From Eledone cirrhosa (lineage: Eukaryota), in the NCBI GenBank assembly GCA_964016885.1, contig OZ024744.1, forward strand, positions 45,446,001 through 45,510,000: a stretch of DNA of 64,000 bases. The letters are read 5' to 3'. Below are positions 46,188-59,315 of the stretch, one piece after another. Positions within the stretch are counted from its first letter, which is position 1. Each line of letters opens with the position of its first letter. The position numbers and the translations under genes were made by a program. A model generated the notes under the pieces. It saw nothing but the letters and a program-made list of their open reading frames with translations, was not told the origin of the DNA and made no database searches.

Positions 46188-46338
46188 AGGGACAGTGGGA
46201 GTTTGGTCCATATGTGTTTGCACCTGGTGTATATATGTATATATCAGAGATAATCAATCTAATAATTGTTGCCTGTATTTGTAATGTTATTTGTATATAT
46301 ACATGTAGGTTTACTATGGTGTTGTTTATATATTCTAG

Positions 46339-46398
46339 GTGTCCATATTAGGGTGTCCTCTCGCATTGCTTCAATGGAGCCAAAATCAACTAAAAAGG
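46339..46398 (+). CDS. Mini-exon 16 (divergent type A): VHIRVSSRIASMEPKSTKK
   Basis: ttctag|GTGTCC...AAAAAGG|gtaagt; 60 bp, frame open. Confidence 0.7.
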
Positions 46399-46563
46399 GT
46401 AAGTTATAGTTTGAACATCATCTAATAAGTTATTCAGTAATTTATCCTTTCTCTCTCTATATAAATATATGTATATATATATATATATGCCAGGGACAGT
46501 GGGAGTTTGGTCCAGTTGTGTTTGCACCTGGTGTATATATGCATATATCAGAGATAATGAATC

Positions 46564-47100
46564 TGTACAGCCACCGGAAATAACAGCTGTGAAATATACA
46601 GCGCCATCTACCTGTTAGCTAACTACTCAACGTGAAACAAAAGAACCCTTAGAACCTACCAGAATTAGAACCTACTAGAATTAGAACCTACCAGAATAAA
46701 CGCCTACACATCGACTAAACAACAAAGGATTGTTCCTGTATAAATAGAGTGGTTCCTAACACTTTCGCTAGTCGACTTTTGGCAGAGTCAGCTAGCGCAT
46801 CGTTGTTCCTTTACTCTGCCACGCTTTGTCACTCACACACGCATTGCCTTGTACCCCGTATCGTCGCTTCATGTGAAAATAAATAGCTGATCGAATTTAC
46901 ATCTCGCCTTGCTTCGTCCTTTCAACTTGTGCTCTTGTCTGTCCATCCTCAACAGTTCTTTTAAGGGCTATATGCGACAACGGTCCTTTTAAGTGCTATC
47001 TTCATATCTGATCAGACCGTATGCGATACCAGTCCTTCTAAGGACTATTCTCGGGTCTGATCAGAAGTAGTGACTAGACTGACCAACCAGCGTCGCTACA
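46564..47100 (+). repeat. Gypsy LTR 1 (537 bp, TGTA...TACA)
   Basis: Starts TGTACAGCC, ends CGCTACA; contains TATAAAT and AATAAA; near-identical to 55101-55637; interrupts the intron repeat after ...GATAATGAATC. Confidence 0.92.
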
Positions 47101-47102
47101 AT

Positions 47103-47119
47103 TGGTGACCTCGACGTGA
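47103..47119 (+). promoter_or_regulatory. Primer-binding site complementary to the tRNA-Trp 3' end
   Basis: TGGTGACCTCGACGTGA, 1 mismatch to the canonical tRNA-Trp PBS TGGTGACCCCGACGTGA; second copy at ~55640. Confidence 0.85.
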
Positions 47120-47159
47120 GTCGAACGCGCAATCAGACAGCACCAAAGGAAATATCAAC

Positions 47160-50100
47160 ATGGACATGTCACAAACGACAGAGGCCGAGATTTCAGAACT
47201 GCGGGCTATGATCAGAGAGCGGGCTGGTCAAATTAAAGCCCTCCCGAATCAAGTAGAGAACCTGACCTTTCAAACACACCGGCGACGCAGCAACAATCGA
47301 TCCAGGCCTTTTCACCGTCAAAGATCCAGTAGTCCCAGGCAAAATCGTGTGCCTGGCAACCTCTACTGGTATCACACAAATTTCGGCACACAGGCATCTA
47401 AGTGCAAAGCCCCGTGCTCTTTCCGGAATGCCACCCAGGGCCTGGCGACGACGTTCACCCCTGGTACTGAAAAGAAAAGTCGTCTATTTTTTATTAACGA
47501 CCAGGCGACAGGCATCCGTTACCTCGTGGATAATGGAGCCCAGGTCAGTGTTATTCCGGTTTCACTGATCTCGGGCAAAAGACACCCAACCCCGTCCTTT
47601 CTGCAGGCAGTGAATCAATCGTCAATTCCGACTTTCGGGGAGAAGTCTCTGACCCTCAATTTAGGCCTGAGGCGGCGTTTTCAATGGGTGTTCGTCGTGG
47701 CAGACCTGCCGACCCCGATCCTAGGAGCCGATTTTCTCCACCACTTCAACCTTCTGGTGGATATGAAGAACCGGAGGCTTATCGACACCACCACAAACCT
47801 CACTGTGAGAGGTATATTTACGACGCAATCCACAGTGAGCCCTGTAATTTGCCAGTCAGAGCCTTCGCGGTACAGCGGCATTCTCCAGAAATACCCAGAC
47901 ATCACTCACCCGGTATTTAAGAATGGTCCAATTAAGCATAGTGTCACGCACCACATCGAGACAAAGGGACCACCCACAACTGCCCAACCAAGGAGACTGC
48001 CTCCAGACCGATTGAGAATCGCCAAGCAGGAGTTCCAACACATGCTAGACCTCGGAATCATTCGCCCTTCCTCCAGCAACTGGTCTGCACCCCTACACCT
48101 TGTTCCAAAAAAAAACGAGAATGATTGGCGACCATGTGGGGATTATCGTGCACTTAACAATTCTACAGTGCCCGATAATTACCCTGTACCTCACCTGCAC
48201 GATTTTTCTGCTTCTCTGCAAGGCGCACGCATCTTTTCCAAGGTAGATTTGGTGCGTGCATATAACCAGATATTTATGGAGCCTGCAGAGATTCCGAAGA
48301 CCGCAATCACAGCACCGTTCGGTTTATTCGAATTCCTGCGAATGCCGTTCGGTCTGCGCAACGCTGCACAAACTTTTCAGCGGTTTATTGACACTGTGTT
48401 ACGCGATCTACCCTTCGTATACGCGTATATTGACGACGTACTGGTAGCAAGTGCTTCCGAGAATGAACACCAGAAGCACTTAGATCTCCTTTTCCGACGT
48501 TTGGCTGAGTACAGTATCATCATCAACCCCAGCAAGTGCCTTCTCGGCGTTCCTTCACTGTCCTTTCTCGGGCACATCATCGATAAAGACGGCATTCGTC
48601 CACTTCCTGAGAAAGTAGAAGCTATCCGCAGTTTTTCCGCACCTACATCTCTTCGGAAACTGCGTGAATTCCTCGGTCTGGTGAATTTTTATAGGCGGTT
48701 TATCCCTCATTGTTCCGACGCGGCCAGACTCCTCGCGGACCTTCTTCGTAACGGGACTCGCAAAAACGAAGAGATCACTCTAAACGAGGAAGAATTAACA
48801 TCTTTTAACCGTCTGAAGGAAATGTTGGCAAACGCTTCCATGCTCGTTTTCCCCAGGTCTGGCGCCCCTCTTCCGCTGCTAGTGGACGCATCAGACACGG
48901 GGGTTGGAGGCGTTCTACAACAAAATGTTGACGGCGTGTGGCAACCCTTATCCTTCTTTTCTAAGCGGTTGCAACCGACAGAAACGAAATACAGTACCTT
49001 TGGCCGCGAACTCTTGGCAACCTATCTTTCGGTTAAGCATTTTCGGCACATGCTCGAAGGATCAGATTTCGTCATCTACACAGACCATAAACCATTAGTT
49101 TATGCGTTCCGTACCAAACCTGATCGACATTCACCGAGAGAACTCCGACACCTGGATTTTGTCTCCCAATATTCAACTGATATTCGGCATATCAAGGGAT
49201 CAGACAACGTAGCAGCCGATGCCCTGTCCCGAATCCAGCTGAACGCAATACATGTGCATTCAGGCATCGACCTTCAACAGATCGCAGCTGACCAAGAGAC
49301 TGACGAAGAGTTTATCAAACTCCGAGATTCGCCATCCCTCAAGTTTCAGCAAGTTCCCATTCCTTCTTCTCCGGGACAAATTTGGTGCGACCTTTCTACC
49401 GGTCATGAACGACCGTACGTACCACAGATGCATCGTCGACAAGTTTTTCTGCTTTACACTGCTTGTCTCACCTGGGAATCCGGGCTACACTGAAACTCAT
49501 CTCTGCTTGTTTTGTGTGGACTAACATTAACAAGGACGTGCGCGACTGGTCCAGGAGCTGCATTGCCTGCCAGAAAGCAAAAGTCCACAGACACATCAAA
49601 ACTCCACTCGGCACATTCGCGCAACCTGATGCACGTTTTCATCATGTGCATATCGACATCGTCGGACCTCTACCACCATCACAGAACTACACACACTTGC
49701 TCACCTACATAGATCGATTTTCCCGTTGGCCTGAGGCTTTTCCCATAAATGATACCTCAGCGGAAACAGTCGCTAAAATTTTGATTTTACACTGGGTATC
49801 ACGTTATGGCGCCCCAGCGAAGATAACAATGGACAGAGGACGCTAATTTGACTCCCACCTCTTCAGGGATCTGACTCGCCTGTTAGGATGTAAACACATC
49901 CGCACGACAGCTTATCACCCGCAAGCTAATGGTCTCGTGGAAAGATTCCATCGCCAATTGAAAGCTGCAATAAAAGCATATCCAGACAAGACCCACTGGT
50001 TTGAATACCTACCACTCATCCTTTTGGCTATTCGATCCACCGTTGAGGAGGAATTCGGACACACACCTGCAGAATTAGTGTACGGCACCACCCTGGTTCT

Positions 50101-50536
50101 ACCTGGTCAGATGGTTGCTCCCATCTCTCAGGATGTTCCAGACCCAGGATCATACGTACACCGTCTTCGACAATATATGTCTCATCTGGCTCCTGCAAGC
50201 ACCCGTCAACAGAACACGGCCACACACGTACCTTCAGACATTGATGATTGGACACACGTTTTCGTTCGAAACGACACCATCTCAGCTCATCTTCGACCTC
50301 CATATTCTGGCCCTTATCGTGTTTTAAAAAAATATCCGAAATATTTTATTCTCGATCTAGATGGTAAACAGAATTCTGTCAGCGTGGACAGATTAAAAAA
50401 AGCCATCATGGATACTGTTACAGTCTCTACACCAGAAACTCCAACAGATTGCTGTCCCAGCAAGCCACCTGTTTCATCTCCAGTCACGAGAAGCGGACGA
50501 CGCGTCCATTGGCCGCAAAGTTGGCACAATATGTGA
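47160..50536 (+). pseudogene. Gypsy gag(C-terminus)-pol, copy 1: protease, RT, RNase H, integrase; disrupted
   Basis: LVDNGA protease (D-T-G mutated), WRPCGDYR and YIDD RT, VDASD/TDHKPL RNase H, integrase ([19 protein letters not shown]). Frameshift at ~49450 and stop at ~49845. Confidence 0.93.
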
Positions 50537-50845
50537 ATTACCGTTAACCTCAAGTGATTTTCTTAATCATTCTTCGTGCAAAACATTTCCATTTTTCTTG
50601 TGTTTACTATTTCCAGTTTCAAATACAATGAACTTTCTGCTTGAACAATTGCAATTTTTAGTGACCATGTGCTCATGTCACGAAGAACATTATTTATTAT
50701 GAACATTATTTATTACAAACACTATTTAAGAACAAACATTGTGTATATCATTGTGTATAACATTTTTTTTTTCTTCTCTCTCTTGTTTTGAAAATTTGTA
50801 TTTTTCTTGTTCTGTAACATTGATTGTGTAATTGCCATAATTTTT

Positions 50846-53800
50846 ATGACGGATGGAAGGACTACGGAATTCCGGAGAGTTGAAGAGAGAAAAATCTGGA
50901 CGCTCAGCGACAATGCCAAAGATAAAAACAAATTCACCTCGTGGACGAGAATGCGAGCATTCCTCTTTGTTTCGGCCGCGGATGGCTAACATAACCCCAT
51001 CTCCCCCCGCTCCCCACCGCTCCCACCCTCCAAACGCAATCCAAAACTTCAGAGTTGGTACCATGAATGTAGGCACCTTAAAGGGTCGCTCTAATGAGGT
51101 TGTAGAAATGCTTGAACGTAAGGAGGTCGATGTTTGTTGTATTCAAGATACCAGGTGGAGGGGTGGGTCTGCTAGATTCATTGTGGGTAAAAAACGATGC
51201 TATAAGCTTTTCTGGGTGGGAAATGACAATGGGCTGGGTGGAGTAGGAATCATGGTAGCAGAAAAGTGGGCAGATAAGATAATAGACATAAATATAGTGA
51301 ACGACAGAATAATTAAAATAAGACTTGTCCTCAGTAGAACGACGGTGACAGTAATATCTGCGTACGCACCCCAATCCGGACTGCCCGGCACTATAAAAGA
51401 CAGATTCTATGAGACACTGATGCTCACTACCTCCCAAATAACTGACAGTGACTATGTAATTATTGCAGGCGACCTAAATGGTCACGTTGGACAACATTGT
51501 GACGGCTACGACGAAATCCATGGAGACTATGGGTTTGGTACTAGAAATGAGGAAGGCTCCAGAATCCTGGAATTCTGTGACGCAAATAACCTAACTATCT
51601 GTAACACTAACTTCAAAAAACGTGACAATCACCTGATCACCTATAGATCGGGGGAACACACAAGCCAGGTAGATTATATCCTTACCAGAAGACGTAACAG
51701 AGTGTCTGTTGTAAACACTAAATCCCTCCCCCATGAAGAATGCACCTCCCAACATAGACTGATAATTAGCGACCTAATAGTCAGGACGAGACGTACTAGA
51801 TAACAGAAGAGGACTATCCTCAGGAGAAAAATATGGAAGCTAAAGGACCCCACAGCCAGAAATAAATTCAAAAGTATACTACTTGATGCTTTCGACAGTA
51901 AGGAAGAGCAATTAGAGTCGTACAATATAGAGGAGCAGTGGGAATTCCTGAAAGCAAACCTGCTGATGGCGGCAGACGAAGTCTGTGGCTGGAGCAGGCC
52001 TGTAGGCAGGAGGAGAGTAACATGGTGGTGGAATAGTAAGGTGGAAGGGTCAATTAAGGCCAAAAAGCAGGCTTGGAAAGTATGGGGGATGGGGGAAGCA
52101 GAGAAGACTATCAAGTGGCCAGGAGGGAAGCTAGGAGACAAGTGTACTTCGCAAGAAGGGAAGCAGAGGAAAGAAAGTTCAAGCATGTTCTACAACGCGA
52201 GGACCAAAAACGTGAGGTGTTCAGGATTGCTAGGCAATGTGTCAAGGAAAACCGTGATATTGTCGGGGAGAAGTGTGTACTTAATGATGACGGCGTACTT
52301 ACCATCACCGACGCTGATAAGAAGGTAGCTTGGAAGTATCACTATGAAAGGCTACTAAATGAGGAGAATAAATGGGAGAAAGACAGTCTCCCCCACATCG
52401 ACCCAATAGAGGGACCAGCAGTGTTAGTCGAGGGTAGTATAATAAGTAAGGCAATCAAAGATATGAAGACGGGTAAGGCGGCTGGGCCTTCGGAAATAGT
52501 TGCCGAGATGCTGAAGGTATCTGGTACGGTGGGACATACCATGGTCACCCTGATAGTTAACCAAGTCGTACAGAATGGGATTGTTCCGAAGGACTGGCGT
52601 AGCAGCATCATCGTTAACTGTTATAAGGGTAAATGAGATGCCCTAGATAGGAGTAACTATAGAGGCATTAAATTAATCGACCAGGCCATGAAGTTCACGG
52701 AAAAAGTAATAGCGCAACTAATCAGAGGGAGAATTGATCTAGATGAAATGCAGTTCGGGTTTGTGTCAGGAAAAAGTACCACAGACGCTCTTTTCATTGT
52801 ACGACAACTACAGGAGAAGTACCTAGCTAAAAGTAAACCCCTATATTTAGCTTTTGTCGACTTGGAGAAAGCCTTCGACAGAGTCCCCCGTTCCATTATC
52901 TGGTGGGCTCTTAGAAAACTAGGTGTTGACGAATGGCTTGTGAGAGCTATACAAGCCATGTATAAAGAAACACTCAGCAAGGTTAGAATTAACAACGAAT
53001 ATAGTGAAGAGTTTAGCGTAAAAGTTGGCGTCCATCAGGGCTCTGTTCTCAGCCCCCTACTATTTATTATTGCCCTTCAGGCTATGACAGAGGAGTTCAA
53101 GACCGGCTACCCATGGGAACTCCTATACGCAGATGACCTAACACTCATAGCTGAATCAATGGCCGAGCTAGAGAAGAAATTCCAAACATGGAAGCACGGT
53201 CTAGAATCAAAAGGCCTTAAAATTAACCTGGCTAAGACTAAAGTTCTAGTTTGTAAGAAAGGAAATAAGGCGGCGGTCCCTTCCGGGAAGTGGCCATGCT
53301 CAGTGTGTAGGAAAGGCGTAGGTAGAAACACCATTTTGTGTCCCAAATGCAAAGTATGGGTGCATAAATGATGTAGTGGGATCACAGGTAAGCTAACTAA
53401 GAACATAGATTTTACATGTGGCCGGTGCTCTGGTGCAATAAGTAGCAGCAAGTGCCCACACAATACTAGCCCTTTCAACTGCGCAGAGGGTTCTATAGAA
53501 ATAGTGGACAGCTTCCGTTACCTGGGTGACGAAATCAGCAGTGGGGGAGGGTGCTCTGAATGTACAGTAGCTAGAGTCAGAACTGGATGGAAAAAGTTCA
53601 GAGAGCTTATACTACTATTAGCCGCTAAAGGGTTCTCCCTAAAAATGAAAGGCAGGTTGTACGATGCCTGTATACGAACAGCAATGTTACATGGCAGTGA
53701 GACCTGGGCATTGTGTGCAGAGGATATACGCAGACTAGAGAGAAACGAAGCTTGCATGCTCCGCTGGATGTGTAATAGTAATATACGTGAACGGCAAAGC

Positions 53801-54481
53801 ATAAACGAACTAAGGAAAAAATTAGAAATAAGAGGGATCAGATGTTGTTTACTCGAGAGAAGGCTACGTTGGTATGGTCACATGATGCGCATGAAGGACG
53901 ATAGCTGTATAACAAAGTGCAGGGCAATAAAGATAGACGGTAGCCACGGAATAGGCAGACCTAGAAAAACCTGGGACGAGCTGATAAATTCCGACCTCAC
54001 ACACTTACACCTCACCAAGACAATGTCACTGGACAGAGATCTTTGGCGGTACTCAGTAATACAGAAGACCCGCCTTGCCTAAGTACAAAGTAAAACCTAC
54101 TACAGTCAGTAGGCATCTCTAACAAAATACACCCCCGTCCCACCACCCCACTCCATCCACACCGCCCCTTTCAATGTAAAGTTATGTTGGTGCCACAACA
54201 TCCAGGCCGAAACAAATGAGATCGTGTAGGTGTCACGTGAAAAAAACACACAGTTCACGCTGTAATGTGGCCGTGTAGGCAACACGGTAAAAACCTCCCA
54301 GCCCCACACTGTAAATGTGGTTGGTGTTAGGAAGGGCATCCAGTTGTAGAAAACCCGCCAGATAGTCCTATGCGAGCAAGATAATCACTCTTGCCTCAAG
54401 TAGGAAAACCCCCGTCCAAACCCATGCAAGCGTGGAACACGGACGTTAAACGTTGATGATGATGATGATGATGATGATGAT
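50846..54481 (+). mobile_element. Near-full-length RTE LINE subfamily A nested in the Gypsy 3' region (several stops and frameshifts)
   Basis: ORF pieces 50853-51803, 52073-52636, 52688-53371 and 53504-54082; (GAT)n tail. Confidence 0.95.
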
Positions 54482-55100
54482 ACAAGGCGTGTACATATTC
54501 TGTTTTTCATGCACACTACAAAACCACATTTGTTTCACCTTTTGGTTCATACACTGAGCTATAGATATTTGTGTCCCGCTAACTCTTACACTACAGAATG
54601 TTTTCTCTTTGATCACGCATTTCACAAATCGCATCCTCAAAACACTGGCCTTCTTTTTTCACGTACACATTCACTCAATAGCTCGAGAATGCCTCGCTAT
54701 TTTTTTACCACATGCATTCGCTGAAGTCATATGCTGTGGAGCAAACTGTTACTTTTAGGCAGCATGCTTACGGCCATTCAGTTCACACATTACGGTTATC
54801 TTCACTGCCCAGTTAGACTTTTTGTCACGCAATTCACAGGCAGCTCAACCGAAATTGCAACAGGCTCATTCATCACGCCTGCATAAATCTGGTCAAAGTC
54901 ATTTTATAGTTTATTTCTTTTTTCTCTTCCTGACACACACATCTTGCCATATCATTTCTACATCGACTCTGTCCTGTACTCGATGATCACAACATTTCAC
55001 AACATGCTGGACACTCCTGGGGCTATTGTCATGACAAATGCACCACTGGCCCATTCCTATACGATATTTCGCTCTTTTGTTGTACAAAAGAACTGGCTAA

Positions 55101-55637
55101 GGTACAGCCACCGGAAATAACAGCTGTTTAATATACAGCGCCATCTACCTGTTAGCTAGCTACTCAACGTGAAACAAAAGAACCCTTAAAACCTACCAGA
55201 ATTAGAACCTACTAGAATTAGAACCTACCAGCATAAACGCCTACACATCGACTAAACAACAAAGGATTGTTCCTGTATAAATAGAGTGGTTCCTAACACT
55301 TTCGCTAGTCGACTTTTGGCAGAGTCAGCTAGCGCATCGTTGTTCCTTTACTCTGCCACGCTTTGTCACTCACACACGCATTGCCTTGTACCCCGTATCG
55401 TTGCTTCATGTGAAAATAAATAGCTGCTCGAATTTACATCTCGCCTTGCTTCGTCCTTTCAACTTGTGCTCTCGTCTGTCCATCCTCAACAGTTCTTTTA
55501 AGGGCTATATGCGACAACTGTCCTTTTAAGGGCTATCTTCATATCTGATCAGACCGTATGCGATACCAGTCCTTCTAAGGACTATTCTCGGGTCTGATCA
55601 GAAGTAGTGACTAGACTGACCAACCAGCGTCGCTACA
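55101..55637 (+). repeat. Gypsy LTR 2, shared between tandem units
   Basis: 537-bp match to LTR 1 (first base G instead of T); preceded by unit-1 3' region and followed by a PBS and unit-2 gag-pol. Confidence 0.92.
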
Positions 55638-55702
55638 ATTGGTGACCCGAACGTGAGTCGAACGCGCAATCAGACAGCACCAAAGGAAATATCAACATCG
55701 AC

Positions 55703-58700
55703 ATGTCACAAACGACAGAGGCCGAGATTTCAGAGCTGCGGGCTATGATCAGAGAGCGGGCTGGTCAAATTAAAGCCCTCTCGAATCAAGTAGAGAACCT
55801 GACATTTCAAACACACCGGCGACGCAGCAACAATCGATCCAGGCCTTTTCACCGTCAAAGATCCAGTAGTCCCAGGCAAAATCGTGTGCCTGGCAACCTC
55901 TACTGGTATCACACAAATTTCGGCACACAGGCATCTAAGTGCAAAGCCCCGTGCTCTTTTCGGAATGCCACCCAGGGCCTGGCGACGACGTTCACCCCTG
56001 GTACTGAAAAGAAAAGTCGTCTATTTTTTATTAACGACCAGGCGACAGGCATCCGTTACCTCGTGGATACAGGAGCCCAGGTCAGTGTTATTCCGGTTTC
56101 ACTGATCTCGGGAAAAAGACACCCAACCCCGTCCTTTCTGCAGGCAGTGAATCAATCGTCAATTCCGACTTTCGGGGAGAAGTCTCTGACCCTCAATTTA
56201 GGCCTGAGGCGGCGTTTTCAATGGGTGTTCGTCGTGGCAGACCTGCCGACCCCGATCCTAGGAGCCGATTTTCTCCACCACTTCAACCTTCTGGTGGATA
56301 TGAAGAACCGGAGGCTTATCGACACCACCACAAACCTCACTGTGAGAGGTATATTTACGACGCAATCCACAGTGAGCCCTGTAATTTGCCAGTCAGAGCC
56401 TTCGCGTTACAACGGCATTCTCCAGAAATACCCAGACATCACTCACCCGGTATTTAAGGATGGTCCCATTAAGCATAGTGTCACGCACCACATCGAGACA
56501 AAGGGACCACCCACAGCTGCCCAACCAAGGAGACTGCCTCCAGACCGATTGAGAATCGCCAAGAAGGAGTTCCAACATATGCTGGACCTCGGAATCATTC
56601 GCCCTTCCTCCAGCAACTGGTCTGCACCCCTACACCTTGTTCCAAAAAAAAACGAGAATGATTGGCGACCATGTGGGGATTATCGTGCACTTAACAATTC
56701 TACAGTGCCCGATAATTACCCTGTACCTCACCTGCACGATTTTTCTGCTTCTCTGCAAGGCGCACGCATCTTTTCCAAGGTAGATTTGGTGCGTGCATAT
56801 AACCAGATACCTATGGAGCCTGCAGACATTCCGAAGACCGCAATCACAACACCGTTCGGTTTATTCGAATTCCTGTGAATGCCGTTCGGTCTGCGCAACG
56901 CTGCACAAACTTTTCAGCGGTTTATTGACACCTTAGTTACGCGATCTACCCTTCGTATACGCGTATATTGACGACGTACTGGTAGCAAGTGCTTCCGAGA
57001 ATGAACACCAGAAGCACTTAGATCTCTTTTTCCGACGTTTGGCTGAGTACGGTATCATCATCAACCCCAGCCAGTGCCTTCGCGGCGTTCCTTCACTGTC
57101 CTTTCTCGGGCACATCATCGATAAAGACGGCATTCGTCCACTTCCCGAGAAAGTAGAAGCTATCCGCAGTTTTCCTGCACCTACATCACTTCGGAAACTG
57201 CGTGAATTCCTCGGTCTGGTGAATTTTTATAGGCGGTTTATCCCTCATTGTTCCGACGCAGCCACACTCCTCACGGACCTTCTTCGTAACCGGACTCGCA
57301 AAAACGAAGAGATCACTCTAAACGAGGAAGAATTAACATCTTTTAACCGTCTGAAGGAAATGTTGGCAAACGCTTCCATGCTCGTTTTCCCCAGGTCTGG
57401 CGCTTCTCTTTCGCTGCTAGTGGACGCATCAGACACAGGGGTTGGAGGCGTTCTACAACGACATGTCGACGGTGTGTGGCAACCCTTATCCTTCTTTTCT
57501 AAGCGGTTGCAACCGGCACAAACGAAATACAGTACCTTTGGCCGCGAACTCTTGGCAACCTATCTTTCGGTTAAGCATTTTCGGCACATGCTCGAAGGAT
57601 CAGATTTCGTGATCTACACAGACCATAAACCATTAGTTTATGCGTTCCGTACCAAACCTGATCGACATTCACCGAGAGAACTCCGACACCTGGATTTTGT
57701 CTCCCAATATTCAACTGATATTCGGCATATCAAGGGATCAGACAACGTAGCAGCCGATGCCCTGTCCCGAATCCAGCTGAACGCAAAACATGTGCATTCA
57801 GGCATCGACCTTCAACAGATCGCAGCTGACCAAGAGACTGATGAAGAGTTTATCAAACTCCGAGATTCGCCATCCCTCAAGTTTCAGCAAGTTCCCATTC
57901 CTTCTTCTCCGGGACAAATTTGGTGCGACCTTTCTACCGGTCATGAACGACCGTACGAACCACAGATGCATCGTCGACAAGTTTTTCTGCTTTACACTGC
58001 TTGTCTCACCTGGGAATCCGGGCTACACAGAAACTCATCTCTGCTCGTTTTGTGTGGACTAACATTAACAAGGACGTGCGCGACTGGTCCAGGAGCTGCA
58101 TTGCCTGCCAGAAAGCCAAAGTCCACAGACACATCAAAACTCCACTCGGCACATTCGCGCAACCTGATGCACGTTTTCATCATGTGCATATCGACATCGT
58201 CGGACCTCTACCACCATCACAGAACTACACACACTTGCTCACCTGCATAGATCGATTTTCTCGTTGGCCTGAGGCTTTTCCCATAAATGATACCTCAGCG
58301 GAAACAGTCGCTAAAATTTTGATTTTACACTGGGTATCACGTTATGGCGCCCCAGCGAAGATAACAATGGACAGAGGACGCCAATTTGACTCCCACCTCT
58401 TCAGGGAACTGACTCGCCTGTTAGGATGTAAACAACATCCGCACGACAGCTTATCACCCGCAAGCTAATGGTCTCGTGGAAAGATTCCATCGCCAATTGA
58501 AAGCTGCAATAAAAGCATATCCATACAAGACCCACTGGTTTGAATACATACCACTCATCCTTCTGGGCATTCGATCCACCGTTAAGGAGGAATTCGGACA
58601 CACGCCTGCAGAATTAGTGTACGGCACCACCCTGGTTCAACCTGGTCAGATGGTTGCTCCCATCTCTCAGGATGTTCCAGACCCAGGATCATACGTACAC

Positions 58701-59075
58701 CGTCTTCGACAATATATGTCTCATCTTGCTCCTGCAAGCACCCGTCAACAGAACACGGCCACACACGTACCTTCAGACATTGATCATTGGACACACGTTT
58801 TCGTTCGAAACGACACCATCTCAGCTCATCTTCGACCTCCATATTCTGGCCCTTATCGTGTTCTAAAATAATATCCGAAATATTTTATTCTCGATCTAGA
58901 TGGTAAACAGAATTCTGTCAGCGTGGACAGATTAAAAAAAGCCATCATGGATACTGTGACAGTCTCTACACCAGAAACTCCAACAGATTGCTGTTCCAGC
59001 GACCCACCTGTTTCATCTCCAGTCACGAGAAGCGGACGACGCGTCCATTGGCCCGCAAAGTTGGCACAATATGTG
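55703..59075 (+). pseudogene. Gypsy gag(C-terminus)-pol, copy 2, disrupted
   Basis: ORF pieces 55703-56878 (LVDTGA), 57039-58250, 58001-58468 and 58476-58871. Confidence 0.93.
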
Positions 59076-59315
59076 AATTACCGTTAACCTCAAGTGATTT
59101 TCTTAATCATTCTTCGTGCAAAACATTTCCATTTTTTTTTGTGTTTACTATTTCCAGTTTCAAATACAATGAACTTTCTGCTTGAACAATTGCAATTTTT
59201 AGTGACCATGTGCTCATGTCACGAAGAACATTATTTATTATGAACATTATTTATTACAAACACTATTTAAGAACAAACATTGTGTAACATTGATTGTGTA
59301 ATTGCCATAATTTTT

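Noticed and set aside
54482-55100. env-like third ORF in the Gypsy 3' region
   Set aside because: Only short ORFs that differ between copies; no signal peptide, furin site or TM pattern seen.
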